Below are positions 19,994 to 27,419 of a stretch of DNA of 64,000 nt, piece after piece (the stretch's first letter is position 1; each line of letters starts with the position of its first letter). The DNA lies in NCBI GenBank assembly GCA_934777505.1, contig CAKVNM010000001.1:294419-358418 (forward strand), read 5' to 3'. Source of the stretch: an uncultured Clostridia bacterium. Its GTDB lineage: Bacteria; Bacillota; Clostridia; Christensenellales; UBA1242. The notes beneath the pieces are model-generated. The model saw nothing but the letters and a program-made list of their open reading frames with translations. It did no database searches and was not told where the DNA came from. Position numbers and translations under genes: made by a program.

Positions 19994-20069
19994 ACTATTA
20001 TCTCCTTTTGCTAAGTATTTTAACTTTTTTAATAGATTTTGAACTATATTTTTAACTAATTTTTGTGGA

Positions 20070-20783
20070 TTATAACTTGTTAACTTTGACAACCGAATGA
20101 CGAATAACTTTTCCGTCTAGCATAAATCCTGCTTGATATTCTTCCAAGATTTCGTCTTCCTTTTTGTCTGGGTCGTTACCAGTTAAAACCGCATTGTGAT
20201 AATTTGGGTCAAAAATTTGATTTTCTGTTTCAATTTTTTTAACCCCAAGACTTTCTAGTGACTGCATGATTTGCGAAGCCACAAGGTCGAGTGATTTAAT
20301 AAAATCAGCGTCCGTAACTTGCTTTTTTGCATTGTCGATGCTATCAATCACTGGCAAGAATTTTTCCACCGCTAACACAATCCCGTTTTGTTTGGATTGC
20401 TTTTCGGCTTCTCTTGTTCGTTTGCGATAGTTATCAAACTCTGCTTGAATGCGTTGAGCAAGTTCTAAGTAGTTGTCTTGCTTTTCGCACTCGCAAGTGT
20501 CTTCACAAGGCTCGTCTTGCTTGTCGCAATCACACTCGCCGTCTTCATGACAACCGCAAGTGCAATCATCATCACACTCATGTTTATCATTGCAACCGCA
20601 AGAACAAGTTTCATCGCAAGAGCAATCGCCTTCACAACCGCAAGAGCATTTTTCTTTTTCCTGACCACAAGTGCAATCAGGTGAACATTTGTTTTCTTCG
20701 GTGCAAGTGCAATCTTCCCCGCAAGTGCAGGTGTCATTACAGCCACATGAAGTTTGTTTGTTAAAATGTTTATGTTTAGACAT
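20070..20783 (-). CDS. grpE: nucleotide exchange factor GrpE with Cys-rich N-terminal extension
   Basis: C-terminal two thirds is canonical GrpE ([14 protein letters not shown]...[16 protein letters not shown]). The first 100 residues contain 26 Cys in CxC/CxxxC arrays. GGAGG RBS. Confidence 0.9.
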   Translation of the reverse strand: MSKHKHFNKQTSCGCNDTCTCGEDCTCTEENKCSPDCTCGQEKEKCSCGCEGDCSCDETCSCGCNDKHECDDDCTCGCHEDGECDCDKQDEPCEDTCECEKQDNYLELAQRIQAEFDNYRKRTREAEKQSKQNGIVLAVEKFLPVIDSIDNAKKQVTDADFIKSLDLVASQIMQSLESLGVKKIETENQIFDPNYHNAVLTGNDPDKKEDEILEEYQAGFMLDGKVIRHSVVKVNKL

Positions 20784-20792
20784 TATTGCCTC

Positions 20793-20891
20793 CTACTTAC
20801 TTTCTTCTTCTTTGTCGTCTTCGTTTTCTTTTTCGTCATCTTTGCTTGGACAAGCAAATGGGCAATTTGAACAATCGTGGTTACAAGCCAT
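20793..20891 (-). CDS. unannotated 32-aa Cys-rich acidic peptide
   Basis: Hand translation gives MACNHDCSNCPFACPSKDDEKENEDDKEEESK. AAGGAGG RBS lies 7 nt upstream, the ATG lies 1 nt after the hrcA stop, and its TAG abuts the grpE RBS. Below the ORF-track size cutoff. Confidence 0.55.
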   Translation of the reverse strand: MACNHDCSNCPFACPSKDDEKENEDDKEEESK

Positions 20892-20892
20892 A

Positions 20893-21957
20893 TTACTTAC
20901 CTCCTTGATTATTGTTGGTATCTGCTTCGAGCAGATTAAGTTTGTTAAGTTCTTCTACAATAAACTTTAACGCACCAGCCGTTCGGGAGTAGTCCATACG
21001 CTCTGGACCAATAACACCGATACTAGCCACTGTGCTACCGTCTATTTTGTATTCGGCCTTGATGACCGAGCAGTTTTCGAGTTCTTCGTTCTCGTTTTCC
21101 GAACCAATTTTGAATGACAAGCCGTCTTTTGTTTCGTCACCGCTAAACACTTTTTTTATCTCGTCTTCGTCTTCCATAAAGTTAAGCACTTTTTTTGCTC
21201 TGTCTATATTGGAATACTCAGGGTTGTTAAGTAGTTTTGTCCTTCCAGCACTGGCAACTTGTTTTGAACAAGTCAAGTTTTCCAAGCACACCATCAAGTT
21301 GTCAAATATTCCCGCAAACGAAACCAAGTCATTTGTCATATCATTAAGATAATGTGGCAAATTTTCGATTAGGTCGGCGATTGTTTTGCCCTTAAAGTGA
21401 TTTGTTAGGAAGTTGCTTGCGTCAATACAGTCATTGTCGCTAACGCCGTTTGATAGTTCCATTGTGTTGTTGATTATGCCACTTTTTGTGCCAATTAACA
21501 CAATCGCACTACCGTCAATTAGTGGTATGATTTTTATGCTTTCAACGATTAGTCCTTTGTAGGAATTAAGCACCACAAAAGTTGGATAATTTGTGGCTTC
21601 GCTGATAACAGACGCAAGTTGACTGACAATCTCGCTAACACTTTCGGTTCGTTTTCTAAAAATTTCCCTAACTGTTAACAGCGACTTTTGGTCGAACTTG
21701 GTGTTTTTCATCAGTTCGTTAACATAAAACCTATACGCTTTGCTGGTTGGAATCCTGCCACTAGAAGTGTGAAGTTGTTTTAAGTACCCCATGGCTTCCA
21801 AGGCATTAAGTTCGTTTCTTAGTGTGGCAGGGCTTATGTCTTTAAGGTGGTTATCATGCACCGCTCCGCTTGTGATGGGACTAGCGGACTGAATGTAGTC
21901 ATTGATACTACTATACAAAATTTTGAGTTTTCTTTCGCTCAGATTTTCGCTAACCAT
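20893..21957 (-). CDS. hrcA: heat-inducible transcription repressor HrcA
   Basis: N-terminal winged helix (LSERKLKIL...ISPATLRNELNALEAMGYL) and the operon position. ATG at 21957 follows GGAGGA. Confidence 0.9.
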   Translation of the reverse strand: MVSENLSERKLKILYSSINDYIQSASPITSGAVHDNHLKDISPATLRNELNALEAMGYLKQLHTSSGRIPTSKAYRFYVNELMKNTKFDQKSLLTVREIFRKRTESVSEIVSQLASVISEATNYPTFVVLNSYKGLIVESIKIIPLIDGSAIVLIGTKSGIINNTMELSNGVSDNDCIDASNFLTNHFKGKTIADLIENLPHYLNDMTNDLVSFAGIFDNLMVCLENLTCSKQVASAGRTKLLNNPEYSNIDRAKKVLNFMEDEDEIKKVFSGDETKDGLSFKIGSENENEELENCSVIKAEYKIDGSTVASIGVIGPERMDYSRTAGALKFIVEELNKLNLLEADTNNNQGGK

Positions 21958-21973
21958 AAGTCCTCCATATATA

Positions 21974-22000
21974 TTAGCACTCATTTCCTTTGACTGCTAG
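21974..22000. promoter_or_regulatory. CIRCE operator (HrcA binding site), imperfect
   Basis: TTAGCACTC-N9-GACTGCTAG versus consensus TTAGCACTC-N9-GAGTGCTAA. One arm is perfect and the other matches 7 of 9. Confidence 0.75.
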
Positions 22001-22004
22001 CACT

Positions 22005-22033
22005 ATTCTAAACCTATTATATGTGTTTGTCAA
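22005..22033 (-). promoter_or_regulatory. promoter of hrcA operon (TTGACA-17-TAGAAT)
   Basis: Hexamers read on the minus strand. CIRCE starts 5 nt downstream of the -10. Confidence 0.65.
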
Positions 22034-22198
22034 GTATTTATGTCAAAAAATTTTAACTTTTTTTTAATTTATAATGTTAGTTATATGGTATATATAGTTT
22101 ATAATATAACTAATAACGGAAACGGCTCGATATATGGAATATTATTCCAATAATCAAGTAAAATAGTTAAGGTAGAATAAAGTTAAGGAGAAATATTC

Positions 22199-22415
22199 AT
22201 GAAACCAGAAGATTTTGGACTAAACCTTGCAAAACTAAGAATATCAAAAGGCATATCGCAGTAAAAAAAATATCGCAGTAAAAAAAAGTGTAATGCTTGA
22301 CAAAGATGTTACATATATCAACAAGATTGAAAACGGCAAGGCTTTTCCAAGCGTCAAAATGGTTTTTGAAATTGCAAACGCTTTGCAAATTGAGCCTTAT
22401 GAGTTTTTTAAATAA
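22199..22415 (+). pseudogene. disrupted XRE-family helix-turn-helix regulator
   Basis: AAGGAG RBS, then MKPEDFGLNLAKLRISKGISQ-stop. The HTH continues in another frame (SVMLDKDVTYINKIENGKAFPSVKMVFEIANALQIEPYEFFK). Confidence 0.65.
22254..22287 (+). repeat. perfect 17-bp tandem duplication (TATCGCAGTAAAAAAAA x2)
   Basis: Read directly. It sits exactly at the break point of the XRE reading frame. Confidence 0.9.
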
Positions 22416-22586
22416 TAGAAGCACATTTTGTGTTTCTTTTTTTATCATAACTTTTTTATAATCGCCACATAAAAATACAACAATTTTTGAGTATCTTATA
22501 TATGTTTTTAATTTTATAACAGAATAACCTTAATAAAATAGAAGTTTTAGGCGTTAAACTTTAAGATTCAACATAATTACAAACAC

Positions 22587-22611
22587 AAAAAAGAACTACA
22601 AATTGTAGTCC
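22587..22611 (-). terminator. intrinsic terminator after rnpB
   Basis: GGACTACA/TGTAGTTC stem followed by a U-run on the minus strand. Confidence 0.55.
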
Positions 22612-22617
22612 CTTTTT

Positions 22618-22965
22618 AATGAGATAGTCTATAAGCCGAGTTCTGTATTTGACGATTATCTATCTAGACACATTGTTTCCAATATGTTCGAGCGGTGTAT
22701 ATGGCAAAGCGAACAACTTATACGCCATTTATACCTTGCATCAGGTGGGGTTTGCAATGCCCTGCTTGTCACCAAGCAAGCGGTGGTCTCTTACACTCGC
22801 CTTTTCAACCTTGCCGTTTGATAAAATCAACTTGGGCGGTATGCTTTCTGTTGTACTTTCCTTAAAGTCACCCTCACTAGCAGTTAACTAGCACCCTGTT
22901 CTGTGATGCTCGGACTTTCCTCGTGAGTAAAACTCCCGCAATCGTCTGGCTAACTCACTATGAAT
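22618..22965 (-). ncRNA. rnpB: RNase P RNA (type A-like)
   Basis: Minus strand contains GAGGAAAGTCCGAGC (P4/CR-I), CAGGGTGC, GTAAGAGACCACCG, GCAAACCCCACCTG and ACAGAACTCGGCTTATAG (CR-V). 5' ATAGT pairs with 3' ACTAT (P1). Ends are approximate, within about 5 nt. Confidence 0.85.
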
Positions 22966-22995
22966 AGTTTACGCATTTTTTCAAAAAAGTCAATA

Positions 22996-23694
22996 CTATT
23001 GAAAAATATTTTTTCCTTTAAGTGAGCCTTTGATTGTATCTAGTGCCTTGTTTTCTAGTCTGGAAATATACGATCTACTGATTCCAAGCATTTTGGAAAC
23101 TTCTCGCTGAGTGTAGGCTGGCGTGTTGTTGAGTCCAAATCGCAAGCAGATTATTTGATATTCACGCTCTGGAAGTGTGGATTTTATGAGTTTTAAAACA
23201 TCACGAGTTAAAAGCGAACTTTCAACACTGCCAATAAGGTCGTCATCGCTGGCGATGATATCTTTTAGCGTGATTTCGTTGCCATCTTTGTCCTTGCCCA
23301 AACTTTCTTCCAACGAGTAGACGCTGTTATGCTTTTTTGTCATTCTTAAAAGCATTAAAATTTCATTTTCTATACACCTTGCAGCGTAGGTGGAAAGTTG
23401 CGTGTTTTTGCCAAGTTCGTAGGTGTTGATTGCCTTTATAAGTCCAATCGTTCCAACGCTGATAAGGTCATCGGCTTCGCCAGCGGTGGAGTATTTTTTT
23501 ACGATATGTGCAACAAGCCGTAGGTTATGTTGAATAAGCCTGTCTTTTGCCTGCTTGTCGCCCTGCTTGAATAGTTTTATACACTCGATTTCTTCTTCCT
23601 GAGTGAGCGGTTTTGGAAAGCCCGTAGCATTGTTAACAAAGCCAGTAAAGCACATAATTCTGCTCAAAAAATTAACAAAACTTTCTACAATCAT
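22996..23694 (-). CDS. sigK: sporulation sigma factor SigK (pro-sigma-K)
   Basis: Pro-sequence and junction FTGFVNNATGFPKPL. HNLRLVAHIVKKY, TYAARCIENEILM and GISRSYISRLE match SigK rather than SigE. ATG at 23694 follows GGGGGAA. Confidence 0.75.
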   Translation of the reverse strand: MIVESFVNFLSRIMCFTGFVNNATGFPKPLTQEEEIECIKLFKQGDKQAKDRLIQHNLRLVAHIVKKYSTAGEADDLISVGTIGLIKAINTYELGKNTQLSTYAARCIENEILMLLRMTKKHNSVYSLEESLGKDKDGNEITLKDIIASDDDLIGSVESSLLTRDVLKLIKSTLPEREYQIICLRFGLNNTPAYTQREVSKMLGISRSYISRLENKALDTIKGSLKGKNIFQ

Positions 23695-23790
23695 ACATTT
23701 CCCCCACAACTGCCGTGATAATAAATTTATATGAGAGATTGTGTCGAAAATTGCTTGTACGGAAAAATTTAGGGGAAACAAAACTCACTA

Positions 23791-23819
23791 TTGACTTTTA
23801 ATAGTTTAAGGCATATAAT
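23791..23819 (+). promoter_or_regulatory. promoter TTGACT-17-TATAAT ending 6 nt before ATG 23826
   Basis: Read directly. There is no Shine-Dalgarno between the -10 and the ATG. Confidence 0.6.
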
Positions 23820-23825
23820 TGAAGC

Positions 23826-24422
23826 ATGAAAATTAGTAAAAAAGAATTAGAAGCATTAAAAACAGTAATTGAAAGAGATAAAGACAAAGTAAGTTTTGCA
23901 AAAGATTATTTTGTAACAGACAAGAAAGGCAATTTGGCTTGCATAACAAATATAACGGCAGAAAGGGGCGAGTCTTCTTACAACAGTTTGTCTGTTAAGG
24001 AACTTGAATTTAACGGCACAGACTACTACGAAAAAACGGTTGCACTTTGCGACTATATGGTAGTTAATGGAGAAAAAGGCAAGCATATTTTTATAGTACT
24101 AATCGAAGTGCTTTCTTGTGGCAACTATAATCGTGGCTACGGAAGTTTGATTTTAAAATTTTTGGAAGACCAATGCAAACAACTCGGGATTGAAGAAATT
24201 AGGGGTAAATTTAAGCCAATCGCCCCTGCTCGTCCAGAATATGTTAGAAACTTTTACACTGTTAACGGTTTTGAATTTTATGACCACCTTGGCTATGACA
24301 TGATTAGAAAAATGCAACCAACTTTTAGAAGTTTTGACAGCAAAAATATCAACGGCGTTGACTTTGTTTGCTTGAACGATAACGAAATTACTGTTTATGA
24401 AGAAGATATTTTAACAAAATAA
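23826..24422 (+). CDS. GNAT-like acetyltransferase-fold protein, paralog 1
   Basis: C-terminal half IEV..NRGYGSLILKFLE...EEIRG..P.APARPEYVRNFYTVNGFEF resembles GNAT motif A/B. The N-terminal half is unknown. Confidence 0.55.
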   Translation: MKISKKELEALKTVIERDKDKVSFAKDYFVTDKKGNLACITNITAERGESSYNSLSVKELEFNGTDYYEKTVALCDYMVVNGEKGKHIFIVLIEVLSCGNYNRGYGSLILKFLEDQCKQLGIEEIRGKFKPIAPARPEYVRNFYTVNGFEFYDHLGYDMIRKMQPTFRSFDSKNINGVDFVCLNDNEITVYEEDILTK

Positions 24423-24435
24423 AAAGAGAGAAATC

Positions 24436-25059
24436 ATGACAACAGAAAATGAAAATTTGATTGCTTTAAAAGAATTTTTAAGCAAAGAAAAACAAAAAAA
24501 TCCCGACACTGAACATTATTTTGTAATCGACAAGTTTGGACGATGGCTGATTTTAACAAGAGGCAAAGCCGACAAAGAATGGTCAAGTTTTGTTAGTGCA
24601 AGCCTTAGGAGCGTAAGTTTTAAAGACGGCAAAGTTAGCCGAACAAGATTAGTTGCAAACTGCGACTACATTCTCTGCAATCCCGACAAAACCTACATCA
24701 AATTTAAGGGCAAACATCACCTTTACATCAGTTTGATAGAAGTATATAGCGAGCAAGATTTTAACAAGGGTTATGGCACAATTTTGCTAAGATTTTTGGA
24801 AAAAGAAGCCTTGAAATATAGCCTTGAAGAAATCAGGGGACTATGCGTTCCAATGCCACCTGCTCGTCCAGAATATGTTAAAAATTTTTATAAAGTTAAT
24901 GGTTTTAGATTTTACAAAAAGAAAAACAATCTTTGCATTATAAAACCAAAGTTAACATTTAGAAAACTGGACGAAATTCAAAAAAACGGACTATCATTTT
25001 TGATTTTGAACGAACTTGTTAACACTAGCGAAGAAGTCGAAGAAGTACAAGAATTTTAA
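24436..25059 (+). CDS. GNAT-like acetyltransferase-fold protein, paralog 2
   Basis: Collinear with paralog 1 (IEV..FNKGYGTILLRFLE...EEIRG..PMPPARPEYVKNFYKVNGFRF). Confidence 0.55.
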   Translation: MTTENENLIALKEFLSKEKQKNPDTEHYFVIDKFGRWLILTRGKADKEWSSFVSASLRSVSFKDGKVSRTRLVANCDYILCNPDKTYIKFKGKHHLYISLIEVYSEQDFNKGYGTILLRFLEKEALKYSLEEIRGLCVPMPPARPEYVKNFYKVNGFRFYKKKNNLCIIKPKLTFRKLDEIQKNGLSFLILNELVNTSEEVEEVQEF

Positions 25060-25063
25060 AAAA

Positions 25064-25086
25064 AGCGACAATTTTGTCGCTTTTTT
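25064..25086 (+). terminator. intrinsic terminator
   Basis: GCGACA-loop-TGTCGC followed by T6. Confidence 0.7.
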
Positions 25087-25108
25087 ATTGTTTTTTGTAA
25101 TTTTTTTA

Positions 25109-25181
25109 GCATTTTTCAATATTTTTTTGCTTTTTCAATATTCTTTGGCATTTTTAATATATTTTAGCATTTTTCACTAAT
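25109..25181 (+). repeat. four phased degenerate direct repeats (GCATTTTTCAATATT-like, 19-20 bp period)
   Basis: Units start at 25109, 25129, 25148 and 25167. They lie between two convergent terminators. Confidence 0.6.
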
Positions 25182-25184
25182 TAT

Positions 25185-25211
25185 AAAAAAATTCACTAGA
25201 AATTAGTGAAT
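25185..25211. terminator. bidirectional terminator downstream of rnj
   Basis: ATTCACTA/TAGTGAAT stem flanked by A6 and T6. Confidence 0.65.
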
Positions 25212-25222
25212 TTTTTGTTTTA

Positions 25223-27331
25223 CTAATCTGTTTCCAAAACGATTGTTAGAATTACTGGTCTACGCTTTGTCTTTTTGAAGAAGAATGACAAGAGTGCTTT
25301 TCTAACACTGAGTTTTACTTGTTGAACATCAGCGTTTTTGATAGAAATTTGGGAAAGGGTTTCCCTAATCACTTGCTTGCCTTCTCTAATCAAACTTTCC
25401 ATTTCGTTTGAGTAAATTAGACCACGAGAAATAATATCTGGACCAGAAGTGATTTCGCCTGTTACGGTGTTAAGACCAATAACAGCAACGGCTAGACCGT
25501 CTTCGGCTAGTTGCTTTCTATCTCTTAGAACAGAACTATCACTTTCGCCAAGACCAAGACCATCAACCAATCTTTCGCCTGATGGAATATTGCCCGCAAC
25601 CTTGATGCTACGAGAGTTAACTTCGATAACATTTCCAACTTCTGGCAAAATGATATTTCTTGCTTCTGTTCCCATCTTGATTGCCAAATCTTTGTGGAGT
25701 TTTAAGTGTCTAAACTCGCCGTGAACTGGAATGAAATATTTTGGCTTTACGAGTGTGTGAATAAGTTTGATTTCTTCTTGATGAGCGTGTCCTGATGCAT
25801 GGACTGGTTCGAGTGAGTTATAAACTACATTGCAACCAATTTTGTAAAGTGCGTTAATCACATTGTTAATGGATTTTTCGTTACCAGGGATTGGTGCTGC
25901 ACTGATGATAACAGCGTCATGCTCGCCAAGTTTGATTTTTTGGAACTCTCCGCTTGCCATACGAGTTAGCGCACTTCCCGGCTCGCCTTGGCTACCAGTT
26001 GTGATAACCAAAACTTCGCTGTCTTTATACTTGCCAACATCGTCAATATCAATAAAGATTTTTGGATTGAATTTGAGTTCGCCAATTTTGTAAGCAATTT
26101 CGGTTACATTTTGCATACTTCTGCCTGTGAATGTAACTTTTCTGCCATACTTTTCAGCAAGAGATAGTAGTTGTTGAAGTCTATAAACATTGCTTGCGAA
26201 TGTTGCAACGATAAGTCTTTCGTCACTAAATCTTTCAAAAAGTTCGTCCAATTTTTTGGCAACTTTGCTCTCGCTCATGGAGTAGCCTTCTTTTTCGATG
26301 TTAGTGCTTTCGCAGGTTAGAAGCATTACGCCTTTGCTACCAAGTTCAGCAAATCTTGCTAGGTCAGTAACCTTATCAAATGAGTTAAAGTCAATCTTAA
26401 AGTCGCCGGTGTGAACCATTAATCCTGCTGGCGTTGTGATTGCAAGAGCCATTGAACCTGGGATGGAGTGGTTAACATTGATAAATTCAACACTAAAACA
26501 ACCAAGTTTGATAACATCGCCTGCTTTAATTGAATTGAGTTTTGCTTTGATTTTTGGAAACTCTCTAAGTTTGTTTTGAATAAGAGCCATTGTGATACGG
26601 CTGCCATATACTGGAACTTCGAGTTCGTTTAGAACATAAGGCATTGCACCAATGTGGTCTTCGTGTCCATGGGTTACAACAATGCCACGAATACGCTCTT
26701 TGTTTTGAACAAGATACGAAATTTCTGGAACAACAAGGTCGATACCTGGCATCAAATCGCTATATGGGAAAGTTGAACCGCAGTCAATAATGATAATATC
26801 TCTGCCGTATTCAAGAGCCATCATGTTTTTGCCGATTTCGCAAACGCCACCCAAAAACATAACTTTTAGTGAGTTTTTGGATTTGTTTTTGAACGCTGGC
26901 TTGGTGTCCAAATCGTCTTTGATTGTTATGATTTGCTCAACTTTGTTTTGAGCGTTTTCTTTGTCTATTCTTTCAAACAAATTGAGTTTTCGTGGAGCGT
27001 TTGTATGCTCTTTTTTTACTCTAATTGGAGCAGTATCGGTTGAATAAGTTGTGCGTCTAACAGTTTGAATGTTTGTGACTGTTTCCTGCTCTTTTTTTGC
27101 TTTTAATTCCTTTATTTTTTCTGGTGAAATTTGACCAGACAAGTTAACACCATTGATTTCTACATTGTTTAAACCATCGGTGTTTTTGATTTTTGATTTT
27201 GCAAACGGATTTCTGCGTGGCGACTTTTTTGCTACCACATCTTTTGCTTCATGAATCGGTTTGCTTTCTGTTTTTGGCAAAGTTTTAACATTGCTCAAAA
27301 ACATATTCTTTGTTGGTTTTTGTTCGTTCAT
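25223..27331 (-). CDS. rnj: ribonuclease J with ~154-aa basic N-terminal extension
   Basis: Metallo-beta-lactamase/beta-CASP motifs (VTHGHEDHIGA, GDFK, SGHA). ATG at 27331 follows GGAGAA. Confidence 0.9.
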   Translation of the reverse strand: MNEQKPTKNMFLSNVKTLPKTESKPIHEAKDVVAKKSPRRNPFAKSKIKNTDGLNNVEINGVNLSGQISPEKIKELKAKKEQETVTNIQTVRRTTYSTDTAPIRVKKEHTNAPRKLNLFERIDKENAQNKVEQIITIKDDLDTKPAFKNKSKNSLKVMFLGGVCEIGKNMMALEYGRDIIIIDCGSTFPYSDLMPGIDLVVPEISYLVQNKERIRGIVVTHGHEDHIGAMPYVLNELEVPVYGSRITMALIQNKLREFPKIKAKLNSIKAGDVIKLGCFSVEFINVNHSIPGSMALAITTPAGLMVHTGDFKIDFNSFDKVTDLARFAELGSKGVMLLTCESTNIEKEGYSMSESKVAKKLDELFERFSDERLIVATFASNVYRLQQLLSLAEKYGRKVTFTGRSMQNVTEIAYKIGELKFNPKIFIDIDDVGKYKDSEVLVITTGSQGEPGSALTRMASGEFQKIKLGEHDAVIISAAPIPGNEKSINNVINALYKIGCNVVYNSLEPVHASGHAHQEEIKLIHTLVKPKYFIPVHGEFRHLKLHKDLAIKMGTEARNIILPEVGNVIEVNSRSIKVAGNIPSGERLVDGLGLGESDSSVLRDRKQLAEDGLAVAVIGLNTVTGEITSGPDIISRGLIYSNEMESLIREGKQVIRETLSQISIKNADVQQVKLSVRKALLSFFFKKTKRRPVILTIVLETD

Positions 27332-27419
27332 ATTTTCTCCTATATTAAACAATATTTCATGCCGAAAACCACCACACATAGTGGCACACTAATATTGAGT
27401 TATTTTTACTAAATCAAAG

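Noticed and set aside
20327-20764. Several alternative-frame and antisense ORFs (20327-20764, 20465-20746, 20478-20684, 20671-20970) over the grpE 5' region
   Set aside because: The repetitive TGC/TGT/GAC/GAA codon composition of the Cys-rich extension keeps other frames open. Only the grpE frame has an RBS, an operon context and a recognisable C-terminal domain.
22197-22448. 83-aa minus-strand ORF from the track
   Set aside because: It is antisense to the XRE-type HTH remnant, whose plus-strand frames carry recognisable HTH sequence and an RBS. The minus ORF has no RBS and is of low complexity.
22649-22891. 80-aa plus-strand ORF from the track
   Set aside because: It lies entirely inside, and antisense to, the RNase P RNA gene. 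It has no RBS, so it is an artefact of the structured RNA region.
25109-25181. Possible CRISPR-like array
   Set aside because: The units are about 15 bp, degenerate and directly abutting with a 19-20 bp period. There are no unique spacers and no cas genes. It is reported as phased repeats instead.
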